In this document: positions 20,352-30,006 of the stretch, one piece after another
Numbering within the stretch: position 1 is the stretch's first letter
Layout: every line of letters starts with the position of its first letter
NCBI GenBank assembly: GCA_964510065.1
Contig: CAZEAC010000006.1
Location: forward strand, 6,748-70,747
Direction: 5' to 3'
Length of the DNA stretch: 64,000 bases
Source: an uncultured Bdellovibrionales bacterium
GTDB taxonomy: Bacteria > Bdellovibrionota_C > UBA2361 > CAIXSY01
Position numbers and translations under genes: made by a program
The notes under the pieces: model-generated
Database searches by the model: none
What the model was told of the DNA's origin: nothing
What the model saw: the letters and a program-made list of their open reading frames with translations, nothing else

Positions 20352-22586
20352 ATGGGCGGGAAGACGACAATTCGCACCACGCAGGTAATGGAGCGTCCGG
20401 CACTGGGCACTTCTATTGCCACCGAAGGTGTGCGTCATATTTTAAAACTAATCGAGCAAGGCGAAGAGCCTCGTCGCATCCTCGCCGCGATAGCCGAATG
20501 TGGTTCGACGGTGAAAGGCGTCCGCGACTGCGCGCTGTTCCTCCCTAACGAGAAAAATGAGCTTTGCCTTGAAATGGTCTCGCAAGCTGGTGACCGGAGC
20601 ATACCTCTCGATTACCTCTCAAGAGATTCGTCGTTGCAATCGCGAAACGGAAGCTTCGCCTACAACGGAATCGCCGAGGACGGCGCACGCCTGCTCTTTG
20701 ATGTGATCTGTCTCGGCGCTCCGATCGGACTTCTTGTTGCCGACGCCCCCGAGGGGCTCAATACTGATTCACGTGATAAGCTTCGCGAGCTGGCGCATCA
20801 CGCTGGTGTTGTATTTGAAAGGCAACGACTTTCACTGACGGTGCAGCTCTTTCTAGATCGTCTCGAAGTATTGAATGAACTAAATCAGCTCATCGCCGGC
20901 AACGTCGGACTGCAACGAATTGTGAAGAGCATCGCCCGCGAAAGCGCTTTCCGCTTCTCAGCCGACATTACAATAACGTTCCTTCTTGACGAGTCAAAGA
21001 GCTATCTTGAGCCAAAAGGTGGCTACGGATGCACACCTAATGTGTTACCAAAACAGGTGGCGATTGAAGGTGGCATTTTGGGCCAAGTAATGCGCACCGG
21101 TGGAAATCTTTGCGTGCCAAATCTTGGAAGCCACTCCGATCATGGGCTTCCATTTCTCGATGAGCTCGGCATTGCGTCAGCTGACGTGTGCTGCCTCGAA
21201 GTACGAGGCGAGGCCTTGGGTGCGCTGTTAATCGGCTACAAGCGCGAAGTTTCCCTTTCGACAGATGACCTTACAAGATTTGAGGAGTTCTGCCAGGGTG
21301 GCGCAGTAGCCATTTCGAACGCACGGACTCAGGAGCGCATAGCCGCTTATACTGAACGGTTGGAAGAACTGGTTGAATCTCGCACCGCTGACCTGGCAAT
21401 TCAAACCTCACGCGCCGAAGAGGCCAACCGAGCGAAATCGCAATTCCTCGCAAACATGAGCCACGAGCTTCGAACGCCGCTTACCGCGATCGTAGGGTAC
21501 TCGAGCGTGCTTGCCGATGGAATATTCGGACCGCTTAATGATAAGCAGCGCGATGCGCTAAACGCGGTCACTCGTTCGAGCGACCACCTCAAAAACCTTA
21601 TTGATGATGTGCTTAATCTTGCTCGAATTGAGTCTGGGAAAGAACAGGCAGAGCCGGCGCGTGTTTCGGTGAAAGACCTTCTTACCCAGGCGCATAAGCT
21701 TATGTTGCAAACTGCCATCGGCAAGGGCGTCTCGCTGCAGTCGCTGCAGCTTGACAGCAGCATCGACTCGGCGTTTGCCTGGGTGGATTCCAAACACATG
21801 CATCAGATCATCATTAATCTGATGTCGAATGCAGTGAAGTACACGCCCAAGGGCGGTAAGGTATGGGTCGAAGCTACCTTTGTTGGCGACAAAATCAAAA
21901 TCGCGGTGCATGACACCGGCGTTGGCATTCCTCCACATAAAATGAAAAAGCTCTTTGAACGATTCGAGCGAGGCGAAGACGCTTACAGTAAAAAGCAGGA
22001 AGGTACCGGCATCGGCCTTGATCTTACACGACGTCTTGTTGAGCTAAATGGCGGCCGAATTCTCGTGGAGAGCGAAGAAGGTCACGGATCAACATTCTCG
22101 GTGCTCATGCCGCTTGCTTCGCAGGAACATGCGAAAGTGACCACGGTCGAGCAAAACGAGGCAAAAGTTCGACTCGATGGACTTAGTACGTTGGTCATCG
22201 ATGACAATCCAGATACAATTGAAGTTATCAAGCACATACTCATTGCGGCAGGTGCCTCGGTACGCACCGCCACCAGCGTCAAAGATGCTTGGGCACTATT
22301 CAATGAAGCTACTCCTGATATCGTACTCACCGATCTGGCAATTCCTGGTGAAAGCGGACTCGTGCTGATAGAACACATTCGCAATGTTCCCGACCCGCGC
22401 GCACAGGTGCCTATTATCGTGCTCAGTGCATGCGCCTTTGTCGCTGATAAGGAGCAAGCACTGAACGCCGGTGCATCGCTTTTTATTCCGAAACCGTTTA
22501 AACCAAACGAGATAGTACGAAACGTACGGAGCCTGGCGCTACAGTCCGCCATGGGCAATAAACAAGTTCAAGGGGGCGCACAATGA
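20352..22586 (+). CDS. Hybrid sensor histidine kinase/response regulator (GAF-HisKA-HATPase-REC)
   Basis: H-box FLANMSHELRTPL, G-boxes HDTGVGIP and GTGIGL, and a C-terminal receiver (LVIDDNPD...LTDLAIPGESG...IPKPF). Confidence 0.85.
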   Translation: MGGKTTIRTTQVMERPALGTSIATEGVRHILKLIEQGEEPRRILAAIAECGSTVKGVRDCALFLPNEKNELCLEMVSQAGDRSIPLDYLSRDSSLQSRNGSFAYNGIAEDGARLLFDVICLGAPIGLLVADAPEGLNTDSRDKLRELAHHAGVVFERQRLSLTVQLFLDRLEVLNELNQLIAGNVGLQRIVKSIARESAFRFSADITITFLLDESKSYLEPKGGYGCTPNVLPKQVAIEGGILGQVMRTGGNLCVPNLGSHSDHGLPFLDELGIASADVCCLEVRGEALGALLIGYKREVSLSTDDLTRFEEFCQGGAVAISNARTQERIAAYTERLEELVESRTADLAIQTSRAEEANRAKSQFLANMSHELRTPLTAIVGYSSVLADGIFGPLNDKQRDALNAVTRSSDHLKNLIDDVLNLARIESGKEQAEPARVSVKDLLTQAHKLMLQTAIGKGVSLQSLQLDSSIDSAFAWVDSKHMHQIIINLMSNAVKYTPKGGKVWVEATFVGDKIKIAVHDTGVGIPPHKMKKLFERFERGEDAYSKKQEGTGIGLDLTRRLVELNGGRILVESEEGHGSTFSVLMPLASQEHAKVTTVEQNEAKVRLDGLSTLVIDDNPDTIEVIKHILIAAGASVRTATSVKDAWALFNEATPDIVLTDLAIPGESGLVLIEHIRNVPDPRAQVPIIVLSACAFVADKEQALNAGASLFIPKPFKPNEIVRNVRSLALQSAMGNKQVQGGAQ

Positions 22587-24088
22587 CCGACTTCTCGACA
22601 CCTGCGCATAACGACGCCGAGAATCAGAATGATTCGGAGCTCGTCACCAAACTCAAGCGGGCGCTGAGTAAGGACGGCGATTTCCCGGCAAGCGCAAAAA
22701 TCGTTACTGAGCTTCGCCAGCTCAGCTCTGATCCAAATACCACCGCAAATCAGATTACCGAGATAATTCTCAAAGAACCATCGCTCGGCACCCGAGTACT
22801 ACACCTGGTCAATAGCTCCTTTTATCGTCGTGCAAAACCAATTATGACAGTAAGTCAGGCGGTCGTGCAGATCGGCATGAAACCGCTCGCTGAACTTTGC
22901 AGCGGCTTAGTGCTACTTCAAAAGTTCGTGCCGGTCGCTCGACGCGGAGGAGTATTCGCCAACTGTCTACGCAAGATGACTGTGTCGTCACTGCTTGCGG
23001 GAGCGCTCGGCTCGGAAATGGGCCGCTCGATGGGTGGCGGAAAGAGTCATGAGTCCGGTTATCTCGCCGGAACGTTCGCCGAGATTGGCGCATTACTGCT
23101 GGCCTATTACTTTCCGCAGGTATATGAAAACGCGGCGAAACGCGCTGAGTCCAAGGGAGTGGAGGTCGGCACCGGCATATTTGAGATTACGGGACTCTCT
23201 GCGCTTCAGCTGAGCCATGAGGTACTTGCTGCGCTCGACCTTCCGATTTTCTATCGTCATGTACTGCAAGCTTCCATTGATCCAAAGGCAGTAAACTCCG
23301 CGGTGACTCCGCCGAGCGCTGGCGAACTTCAAGAAATCGCCAAAGCAGCACGCACCGTGCAGACGGCGCTGGCTTTTTCATCGGCGCTGACTTCTGGAAA
23401 GCCGAAGAAGCAAATTGATGACCTAGTGAACAAGGCTGAGAAGCTCCTTGGCCTTTCCAATGCGCAGCTTCGGACAATACTGAGCATGCTTCCTGATGCA
23501 TTTAAGTCACACTGTGGACTTATGGAGCTTGATCTCGCCGCACTTCCCGAATACCTCTCGACATATGGGGTGAGCGAGCCTGCGCCGGATATCAGCGAGG
23601 TCGCCGAACAAGAGCGCGATATTTTTTCGCAGTACCTCGATGAGATTCGTCAAGCGGTCGATGCCCGCGAGCCTTCGTCTTCAATAATTACAACCTGCAT
23701 GGAGACTTTAGCGTTCGGTCTTAAGTTTGATCGCGTGCTTTTGCTAATTTTGGGGTCTGGAAAGAGCTCTTTTGGAGGGCGCATGCTGCTAGGTCAAAGT
23801 GCCGGTATCGACCCAAAATCAATAAGCCGTGCGCTTGGCCCAAAGTCGGGATCGCGTAGCCCCGAGACAATAGCATTCCGCGATTCGCACCCGGTCTTTA
23901 CCGGTGAGCCCATCCTCGAAGGTGGCTGGCCGATTGCGGTATTACCTGTGGGATTTGGCTCGAAAGCGGTCGGAGTGATCTATGCTGACCGAATTGGCGA
24001 CAAGGCGGCATCGCTGACTGCGCGAGAGACTGCCGCAATTGGAGTGCTTGTCGAATTACTTGATCGCGCCCTAGGAACTCACTCATAA
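22583..24088 (+). CDS. HDOD domain signalling protein with a C-terminal GAF-like region
   Basis: Carries ITEIILKEPSLGTRVLHLVNSSFYRR...VSQAVVQIGMKPL (HDOD). Its start overlaps the kinase stop by 4 bp. Confidence 0.65.
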   Translation: MTDFSTPAHNDAENQNDSELVTKLKRALSKDGDFPASAKIVTELRQLSSDPNTTANQITEIILKEPSLGTRVLHLVNSSFYRRAKPIMTVSQAVVQIGMKPLAELCSGLVLLQKFVPVARRGGVFANCLRKMTVSSLLAGALGSEMGRSMGGGKSHESGYLAGTFAEIGALLLAYYFPQVYENAAKRAESKGVEVGTGIFEITGLSALQLSHEVLAALDLPIFYRHVLQASIDPKAVNSAVTPPSAGELQEIAKAARTVQTALAFSSALTSGKPKKQIDDLVNKAEKLLGLSNAQLRTILSMLPDAFKSHCGLMELDLAALPEYLSTYGVSEPAPDISEVAEQERDIFSQYLDEIRQAVDAREPSSSIITTCMETLAFGLKFDRVLLLILGSGKSSFGGRMLLGQSAGIDPKSISRALGPKSGSRSPETIAFRDSHPVFTGEPILEGGWPIAVLPVGFGSKAVGVIYADRIGDKAASLTARETAAIGVLVELLDRALGTHS

Positions 24089-24097
24089 GGATAGGTC

Positions 24098-24490
24098 ATG
24101 AAAGGAAAAATTCTTGTAATAGATGACGACCCAATGATTCGAGCGCTGGTACAAGCTATGCTCGAAGCGGAGGGATACCAGGTGCTTCTCGCCGAAGACG
24201 GCGAGAAAGGAATAAATTTCCTCGATGCGCAGCCACAGCCGATCGATTTATCCCTCGTCGTACTTGACGTCGTGATGCCGGGTATGAACGGGCTCGACGT
24301 GCTCACTCGAATGAAACTTCACGGGCACACCTCCAAACTGCCAGTACTGATGCTCACCGGCGAAGCAAAAGCCGAGGACATCCTCGCCGGATACAACATC
24401 GGCGCTGATTATTATATTACCAAACCATTTACTCGCCAGCAGCTATTGCATGGCTTGGCGCTTGTGCTAGAGGGTGACGGGAAAAAATAA
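24098..24490 (+). CDS. Stand-alone response regulator receiver (CheY-like)
   Basis: ILVIDDDPMIRALV...LDVVMPGMNGLDVL...YITKPF. Confidence 0.8.
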   Translation: MKGKILVIDDDPMIRALVQAMLEAEGYQVLLAEDGEKGINFLDAQPQPIDLSLVVLDVVMPGMNGLDVLTRMKLHGHTSKLPVLMLTGEAKAEDILAGYNIGADYYITKPFTRQQLLHGLALVLEGDGKK

Positions 24491-24535
24491 CAAGTTCGAT
24501 CTTGTTAGTCCTGGCTAATCACGTAGAATCTTCCA

Positions 24536-25159
24536 ATGACTGAATGGCTCCTGACACAGCCCGAAAACGTCATCTACATTGGGCTGTTCCTACTGCTACT
24601 AAGCGGCGCGCTCGGCTTTCCGCCCGAAGATGTCTCGCTACTCTTAGGTGGAATCTGTATTCAGCATCAGCGTGGCGATCCGTTGTATATCTTTCTCATT
24701 TGCTACTTGGGTACTGTGCTGGGCGATATTTTTATCTACTTTGTAGGGCGTCGTTACGGTCCTTCAATTTTCACTAAAAAGTGGTTTCAAAAACGGCTGC
24801 ACCCCGCACGGATCCGTTGGGTACGTCGTGGACTGGAGAAGCGCGCATTACCGACAATATTTGTGGCGCGGCATCTTTTTTATTTGCGTACATTAACTTT
24901 TTTGACCTGCGGTGCCGTGAAGATGGGATTCTCGCGCTTTCTCTTTGCCGACGCATTCTCCGCGTTAGTGAGTGTGCCGATTATGCTTTCCCTTGGTTAC
25001 ATTGCTTCGAACAACTACGAAACAGTGATTGCCTTTATCGCGAAGGCTAAAATTCTCTCTCTCGTACTTATCTTGCTCATGCTTGTTGGTGCGGTTTGGT
25101 ACTTTGTTTCGCAGAGGATTGAAGAAGAGGGAAAAAAGTCCGACGACGAAAAGGCGTGA
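24536..25159 (+). CDS. DedA/VTT-family membrane protein
   Basis: Polytopic membrane protein with the G(F)PPEDVSLLLGG region typical of DedA. Confidence 0.55.
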   Translation: MTEWLLTQPENVIYIGLFLLLLSGALGFPPEDVSLLLGGICIQHQRGDPLYIFLICYLGTVLGDIFIYFVGRRYGPSIFTKKWFQKRLHPARIRWVRRGLEKRALPTIFVARHLFYLRTLTFLTCGAVKMGFSRFLFADAFSALVSVPIMLSLGYIASNNYETVIAFIAKAKILSLVLILLMLVGAVWYFVSQRIEEEGKKSDDEKA

Positions 25160-25236
25160 GCTCCACCGAGCCGTCCATTCTCATTTGTGTCCACTCCGAG
25201 CTCGCCCACTATTCCCGAGAACATGGGCTTTGAGTA

Positions 25237-25713
25237 TTAGCTGTTCTTAAAGTTAGCTATTACGGGATCTATCATAGCTTTCATACTTTCGATTCCGCCG
25301 CTAAATTGACTAAGGACAATTCGCACTTGTACCGCCACTTCGTCGAATTTGTCCGTTCTGCTGAGGTTAATCGCGGACTGGCCAGAAACCCCTTCAAAAA
25401 GAGTGAGCACCACCGCGTGCGTCTGCATCGCTCTAGTACGCTCAACATTCATTGTTAGCTTGAAGTCATTACCTTGATGGCGTAGACGAACGATCTCAAC
25501 TCCATTATTAAAAGCGTCCTGGATTGCGCCACCTGATGCATCGGAGTCCAATTGGCGAAGCACACTGCAAATCAAAGCTTTCGCCTGTTCTTCCTTTCTA
25601 TCGAAACCACACTGAATTGCATCAGATAGAATTCTTTGCAAATCTTTCGGTTTTCCAGAATGGTCGGGCGAGTGCGGGAGTCGATTGTCCAAGCTTATAG
25701 TCCTTTTGGTCAC
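25237..25713 (-). CDS. Hypothetical protein
   Basis: 158-aa ORF with no recognised motif. Confidence 0.35.
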   Translation of the reverse strand: MTKRTISLDNRLPHSPDHSGKPKDLQRILSDAIQCGFDRKEEQAKALICSVLRQLDSDASGGAIQDAFNNGVEIVRLRHQGNDFKLTMNVERTRAMQTHAVVLTLFEGVSGQSAINLSRTDKFDEVAVQVRIVLSQFSGGIESMKAMIDPVIANFKNS

Positions 25714-25998
25714 TAAGAATTTCAGAAAAAGGAGTCTTCGACGTTATGGACAAAAAAGTCTGCGCGGTAGCATAGGCTGATAAAAGGTCAGTTTTCTCAG
25801 CGGACGCGCAGATGATTCGATTTCAAATAAGACTACATCGAGGCGATATCCCCATTTCAAATTTAAGAAAACCCCACTTTTGCCAGAGTTTTCAGTTAGA
25901 TAAGACATGATTTAAGAATCGTACTTCTATCGGCTGCTTCGCGCGCAAACTCTGAGAGAATGAGCTAGGGTTGATTAACATTTTATGGAGAGCGTGGC

Positions 25999-26349
25999 AT
26001 GGGAATGACATACATTGAAGGAACGGTAAGTGACGGAGGTGGGGAAACAGACCAGGTTCGCTTTCTTGTCGATAGTGGCGCAATGTATTCGCTGATCCCA
26101 TCAAAGAGCTGGAAAAAACTCGGTCTTACTACTCAGAGGATATTCAAGTTTGAACTAGCCGATGGTCAAGTGGTTGAGCGACCGATGAGCGAATGCCGAA
26201 TCAATGTCTTCGACCAGGAAGGGTATACCCCTGTGGTGCTTGGAGAAGAAGGTGATGAGCCTTTGCTTGGAAGCGTAACCTTGGAACAGTTTGGATTCGT
26301 TCTAGATCCTTTTAAACGAAAACTTCTCTCAGTTAGGGTAAAGCGTTGA
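25999..26349 (+). CDS. Retropepsin-like (clan AA) aspartic protease domain protein
   Basis: 116-aa ORF with the FLVDSGAMYSLIP catalytic D-S-G-A motif and a size matching bacterial single-domain retropepsin-like proteins. Confidence 0.55.
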   Translation: MGMTYIEGTVSDGGGETDQVRFLVDSGAMYSLIPSKSWKKLGLTTQRIFKFELADGQVVERPMSECRINVFDQEGYTPVVLGEEGDEPLLGSVTLEQFGFVLDPFKRKLLSVRVKR

Positions 26350-26507
26350 CCTGATTTCAGAGGGTCCTCCGCTAATTCTCTCGGAGAGCGCGCGTAAACT
26401 CTGAAAGAATGAGCCCAGGAATGAGCCCCGGCGCGTGTACATTGAGTAAGACTAAAAAAAGGATACAATAAACTACCAGTAAAAAACGACTACATAAGAG
26501 TTACACG

Positions 26508-27503
26508 ATGAGAGCGCTAGGATTTCATACCCCCACTCCAAAACTTACTGATACCTCTTTTTCAACCTATGTCCTTCCTATACCCAAGGTAGGCCCACAG
26601 GATCTCTTGATCAAGGTAGCTGCGACCTCTATTAACCCTGTTGACTATAAAGAGCGCCAGCAAAGAACTTCTAATGGAAAAGATCCTGAGATCCTAGGAT
26701 GGGATGGAGCAGGCACCGTGGCAGGACTCGGCAGCGCCGTCACCGGATTCAAAGACGGCGATAGAGTCTTCTGGGCGGGCGAACTTCGCCGTCAAGGGAC
26801 GTATGCTGAATACCAGGCAGTCGATCACCGTATTGTAGGGCACATGCCTAAAAGTCTTGATTTTGCGCCTGCTGCTGCCTTGCCTCTGACTTCAGTAACT
26901 GCCTACGAAGCGATATTTCAAAGATTGAAAATTCCAAAAACGGGTGCTGGAAAAGTGCTTATAATCGGAGGCGCAGGAGGCGTTGGATCTATCGCTATTC
27001 AGATCTTACGAGCAGAAACAGACGCAGAGGTGTATGCAACCGCTGGCCGTGAAGATTCAAAAGCGTGGGTCAAAAAGATGGGAGCTCAACATGTCGTAGA
27101 ACGGAGCGCTATTAATCTTGCTGGTGATTCTCCAGCACTTCCGAAGTTTGATTACATATTCTCGACCACTAACTCTGATACCTACCTTAAAGCATTTCCA
27201 CTTCTTCTTAAACCAGGAGGACACCTCTGCCTTATCGATGATCCAGAGACCTTCAATATCAGAGAATTTAAACTGCGCTCTCAAACAGTATCATGGGAGC
27301 TTATGTTCACGGCGACCCTCTTCGACCATAACAGAGCGAGCCAAGGGCGCATTCTCGATCGAATTGCGGAACTTACCGATCAAGAACGAATTACTTCTAC
27401 TATCAATACTCGCTTTGAGGGGATGTCGCCGGAAAACTTAATAGCAGCCCACAAGATTCAAGAAAGTGGCAGTAATATCGGTAAGACTGTAGTGACGTAC
27501 TAG
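26508..27503 (+). CDS. Zinc-binding alcohol dehydrogenase / quinone oxidoreductase family (MDR superfamily)
   Basis: Carries IGGAGGVGSIAIQIL (Rossmann GxGxxG) and an N-terminal GroES-like region with LIKVAATSINPVD. Confidence 0.7.
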   Translation: MRALGFHTPTPKLTDTSFSTYVLPIPKVGPQDLLIKVAATSINPVDYKERQQRTSNGKDPEILGWDGAGTVAGLGSAVTGFKDGDRVFWAGELRRQGTYAEYQAVDHRIVGHMPKSLDFAPAAALPLTSVTAYEAIFQRLKIPKTGAGKVLIIGGAGGVGSIAIQILRAETDAEVYATAGREDSKAWVKKMGAQHVVERSAINLAGDSPALPKFDYIFSTTNSDTYLKAFPLLLKPGGHLCLIDDPETFNIREFKLRSQTVSWELMFTATLFDHNRASQGRILDRIAELTDQERITSTINTRFEGMSPENLIAAHKIQESGSNIGKTVVTY

Positions 27504-27605
27504 GAGCCTGCGCCACGAATCAGTGGCGCACACAATCCGTAGGGGCCGAAGCCTTCGCCTCTGCTACCTGTCGTAGCTTAAATTATTCGTGGCGCAGGCT
27601 CCTAG
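27501..27605. repeat. Dispersed repeat family B, copy 2. It begins at the TAG stop of the dehydrogenase gene and has 20-bp terminal inverted repeats (taggagcctgcgccacgaat...attcgtggcgcaggctccta)
   Basis: Read directly from the sequence. Confidence 0.8.
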
Positions 27606-27690
27606 AAGTTACGCCGTGAATCGAGCCTCAGTATTACATTATAGTATTTAGCGCCACTTTGCTGCCTGCCAAATTTCTCATTAGAAAGAT

Positions 27691-29469
27691 TCAATTTCGC
27701 AGACCATTTGATCGCCGTGTAACACGTAACGAGCCCGGCGATTGCGGATTTCTGCCATCTAGTGCCGCAAGCGGATGTGGGTACACAAATGGATAATAGT
27801 TCGGCTTGGCCGTACCGTTATAGAAATCTCGTCCCTCCACAAGGTGCAGCGTAATTCGATCAGCTCCTCCAGGGGGCGGAGTCGCGTAGCCGCCTACCAC
27901 CATGTGTCCATTCACCACTCCTTTATATGTATTGTTCCAAGAATATACGGGCGCTAGGGTCTGATTCCCCGCTCGTCCAATCTGATCTTTGCACGGGTAG
28001 CCCGCCATACCGGGGCTATTGCCATCAAGCGCGTTGGTTCCATCGCACACTCCATTCGAGGGGTTCTTGCCGTCCCACGGAAACGTGTAGCCGTAATTGG
28101 TAATATACCCATCGCTACTTCGATAATTTCTCAGCATTCCAAAGAGATCGTAGGCTCCCGTATCGCTCGTTGCGGGATCAATTGGCCCGGCTGCGACATT
28201 TCCAAAAACAACTCCTGTGCCAGATCGAAACTCGAATACAATACCATGAACAAATGCGCCATTAAGGTTGCCCCAGATTCTATTGTACGTATACGAAGGA
28301 AGCTCCGCCGGCCGAGCCACTCCTGGATTCTTAAGCCGGACTCGGTCGGGAGGAAACTCCTCTAGTATTCCTTTGTTTATCAAAGTCGCCAAGTTCGCGG
28401 CTCCGTTTACCGGATCGGTAGCAGTGAAGTCAGACTTTGCGACATGCGCATAGGTTGAAAAGTGTGGTGACTCTTTGGCGATGCCATTAGTGAATTTGTT
28501 ATTGTAAATTTCAAAATTGGCAACACCGCGAATGCTGCTATCAAACCCGTGGTGCCCAAGTCCATTACCCAATACGTTATTGTTTCGAAATACGTAGCGC
28601 GCGCCTTCGTACATATCAAAAGGTCCGTTCGCCTGAATATTGTGCACAAATGTATTATCCTCAATATACACGGCATTCGAGGTTCCCTGATCGAGCGGTC
28701 GCATCATCGAGTCATTAACACCACCAACGTCACCGATCACTGATATCAAAGTCGCGGAGAACCCGATGGGAATTCTCAAAAATTCATTATGATCAATGAG
28801 CCCATACGCAGAACCGACTATAATTCCACGCTCGGAAACATTCTTAAACTTGCAATGATCGACACGGAACATCGGCTGTCCCGGATTGGCGGAAATAGTA
28901 ATACTTGCGTAGTTATCAACTGTCTTACTTCCGTCAAAGGTTATTCCGGTAATACGAACCGGTTTGCCAGCTTGGATATTTAGAGAAAGGGCCGCTGCCG
29001 GCGATGCCAACTCCTCAATAATTACTGTTTGATCAATTCCCGCACCTTTGAGTAAAAGAGATTTGCTGCTATAGGTACGGGTCGCCCCGTTAAAAGCGCC
29101 GATAGTGACCGGAGTAGTCCAGATGCATGTTCCCGCGGCAATCTGGACTGTATCCCCATCGGCGACATTGCTACTATTAATTGTGCGCTGGACATCGGCA
29201 GCTTGACAGCTGGGGACGCCAGCATTGTTCACCACGTTTACAACCTTGCCACCGGAAACGCACCCTGTAACATCGTACCCGCTACGATCGGCGCGGCAAT
29301 GCAGCGTGCCGCCTACAAACCCTGGCGCAAGAGTCACACAAGTTTGGCCATTAAGATCGGTTCCATCACAGGCTTCACCAGCTTCAGTCAAATTGTTCGC
29401 CAATGGCTCCGATAGCGCGAGAGCAGGAAAGAGATAGATAGCAAGGATAAGAAGTCCACGATACATCAT
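27691..29469 (-). CDS. Secreted right-handed parallel beta-helix (pectate-lyase-like) repeat protein
   Basis: Signal peptide MMYRGLLILAIYLFPALALS, followed by repeated short N/G/V-rich segments with a periodicity typical of beta-helix proteins. Function unknown. Confidence 0.45.
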   Translation of the reverse strand: MMYRGLLILAIYLFPALALSEPLANNLTEAGEACDGTDLNGQTCVTLAPGFVGGTLHCRADRSGYDVTGCVSGGKVVNVVNNAGVPSCQAADVQRTINSSNVADGDTVQIAAGTCIWTTPVTIGAFNGATRTYSSKSLLLKGAGIDQTVIIEELASPAAALSLNIQAGKPVRITGITFDGSKTVDNYASITISANPGQPMFRVDHCKFKNVSERGIIVGSAYGLIDHNEFLRIPIGFSATLISVIGDVGGVNDSMMRPLDQGTSNAVYIEDNTFVHNIQANGPFDMYEGARYVFRNNNVLGNGLGHHGFDSSIRGVANFEIYNNKFTNGIAKESPHFSTYAHVAKSDFTATDPVNGAANLATLINKGILEEFPPDRVRLKNPGVARPAELPSYTYNRIWGNLNGAFVHGIVFEFRSGTGVVFGNVAAGPIDPATSDTGAYDLFGMLRNYRSSDGYITNYGYTFPWDGKNPSNGVCDGTNALDGNSPGMAGYPCKDQIGRAGNQTLAPVYSWNNTYKGVVNGHMVVGGYATPPPGGADRITLHLVEGRDFYNGTAKPNYYPFVYPHPLAALDGRNPQSPGSLRVTRRSNGLRN

Positions 29470-29498
29470 AGAAAAGTGCCTTCGCTGTAAAATGGCCG

Positions 29499-29945
29499 TT
29501 AGTTAATACTTTGAGAGCCGTCGGTTGAAAGAAGAAGGTCACGGAGCGCGAAGGCGACAGAAAGCCTTAGTGTCACCGCCTTACTTTCAATCTCACCTAT
29601 CGGTGCCTGAATAATGGTTTTATAACAGAGATCTTTTTCGCTAAGCTCCATGCCGGCATGTGAAAGCACCGTCTGTCGCGCCTCAAACTGAACTACCATC
29701 TGCTCAACGGTAGGAAGCCAAAGATAGGTTGAACGAAGTTCATCAGGTGTCAGTCCCTGTGGATCGACCAGCACTGAAATCAATCGCCGATCGACTTTAT
29801 GGCAGATCTCATCCCCGATCTCTGGACACCAAATAAGTCCAGCAAGTTCAAGATCTTCCGCAACTTGAAGAAGGTCCTGGATAATCAAAGCTAAACCTCG
29901 TAGCGCGTTATAACCTCTTATATTAGAGCTAATCGGCAACTTCAC
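29499..29945 (-). CDS. Hypothetical protein
   Basis: 148-aa ORF between the dynamin-like gene and the beta-helix gene on the same strand. Confidence 0.35.
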   Translation of the reverse strand: MKLPISSNIRGYNALRGLALIIQDLLQVAEDLELAGLIWCPEIGDEICHKVDRRLISVLVDPQGLTPDELRSTYLWLPTVEQMVVQFEARQTVLSHAGMELSEKDLCYKTIIQAPIGEIESKAVTLRLSVAFALRDLLLSTDGSQSIN

Positions 29946-30006
29946 AAGCGGCCTTAAGCCCTCCTCTTTCTGTTATTAAGATGCTTAAGCCAAATAACGC
30001 GAAGCG

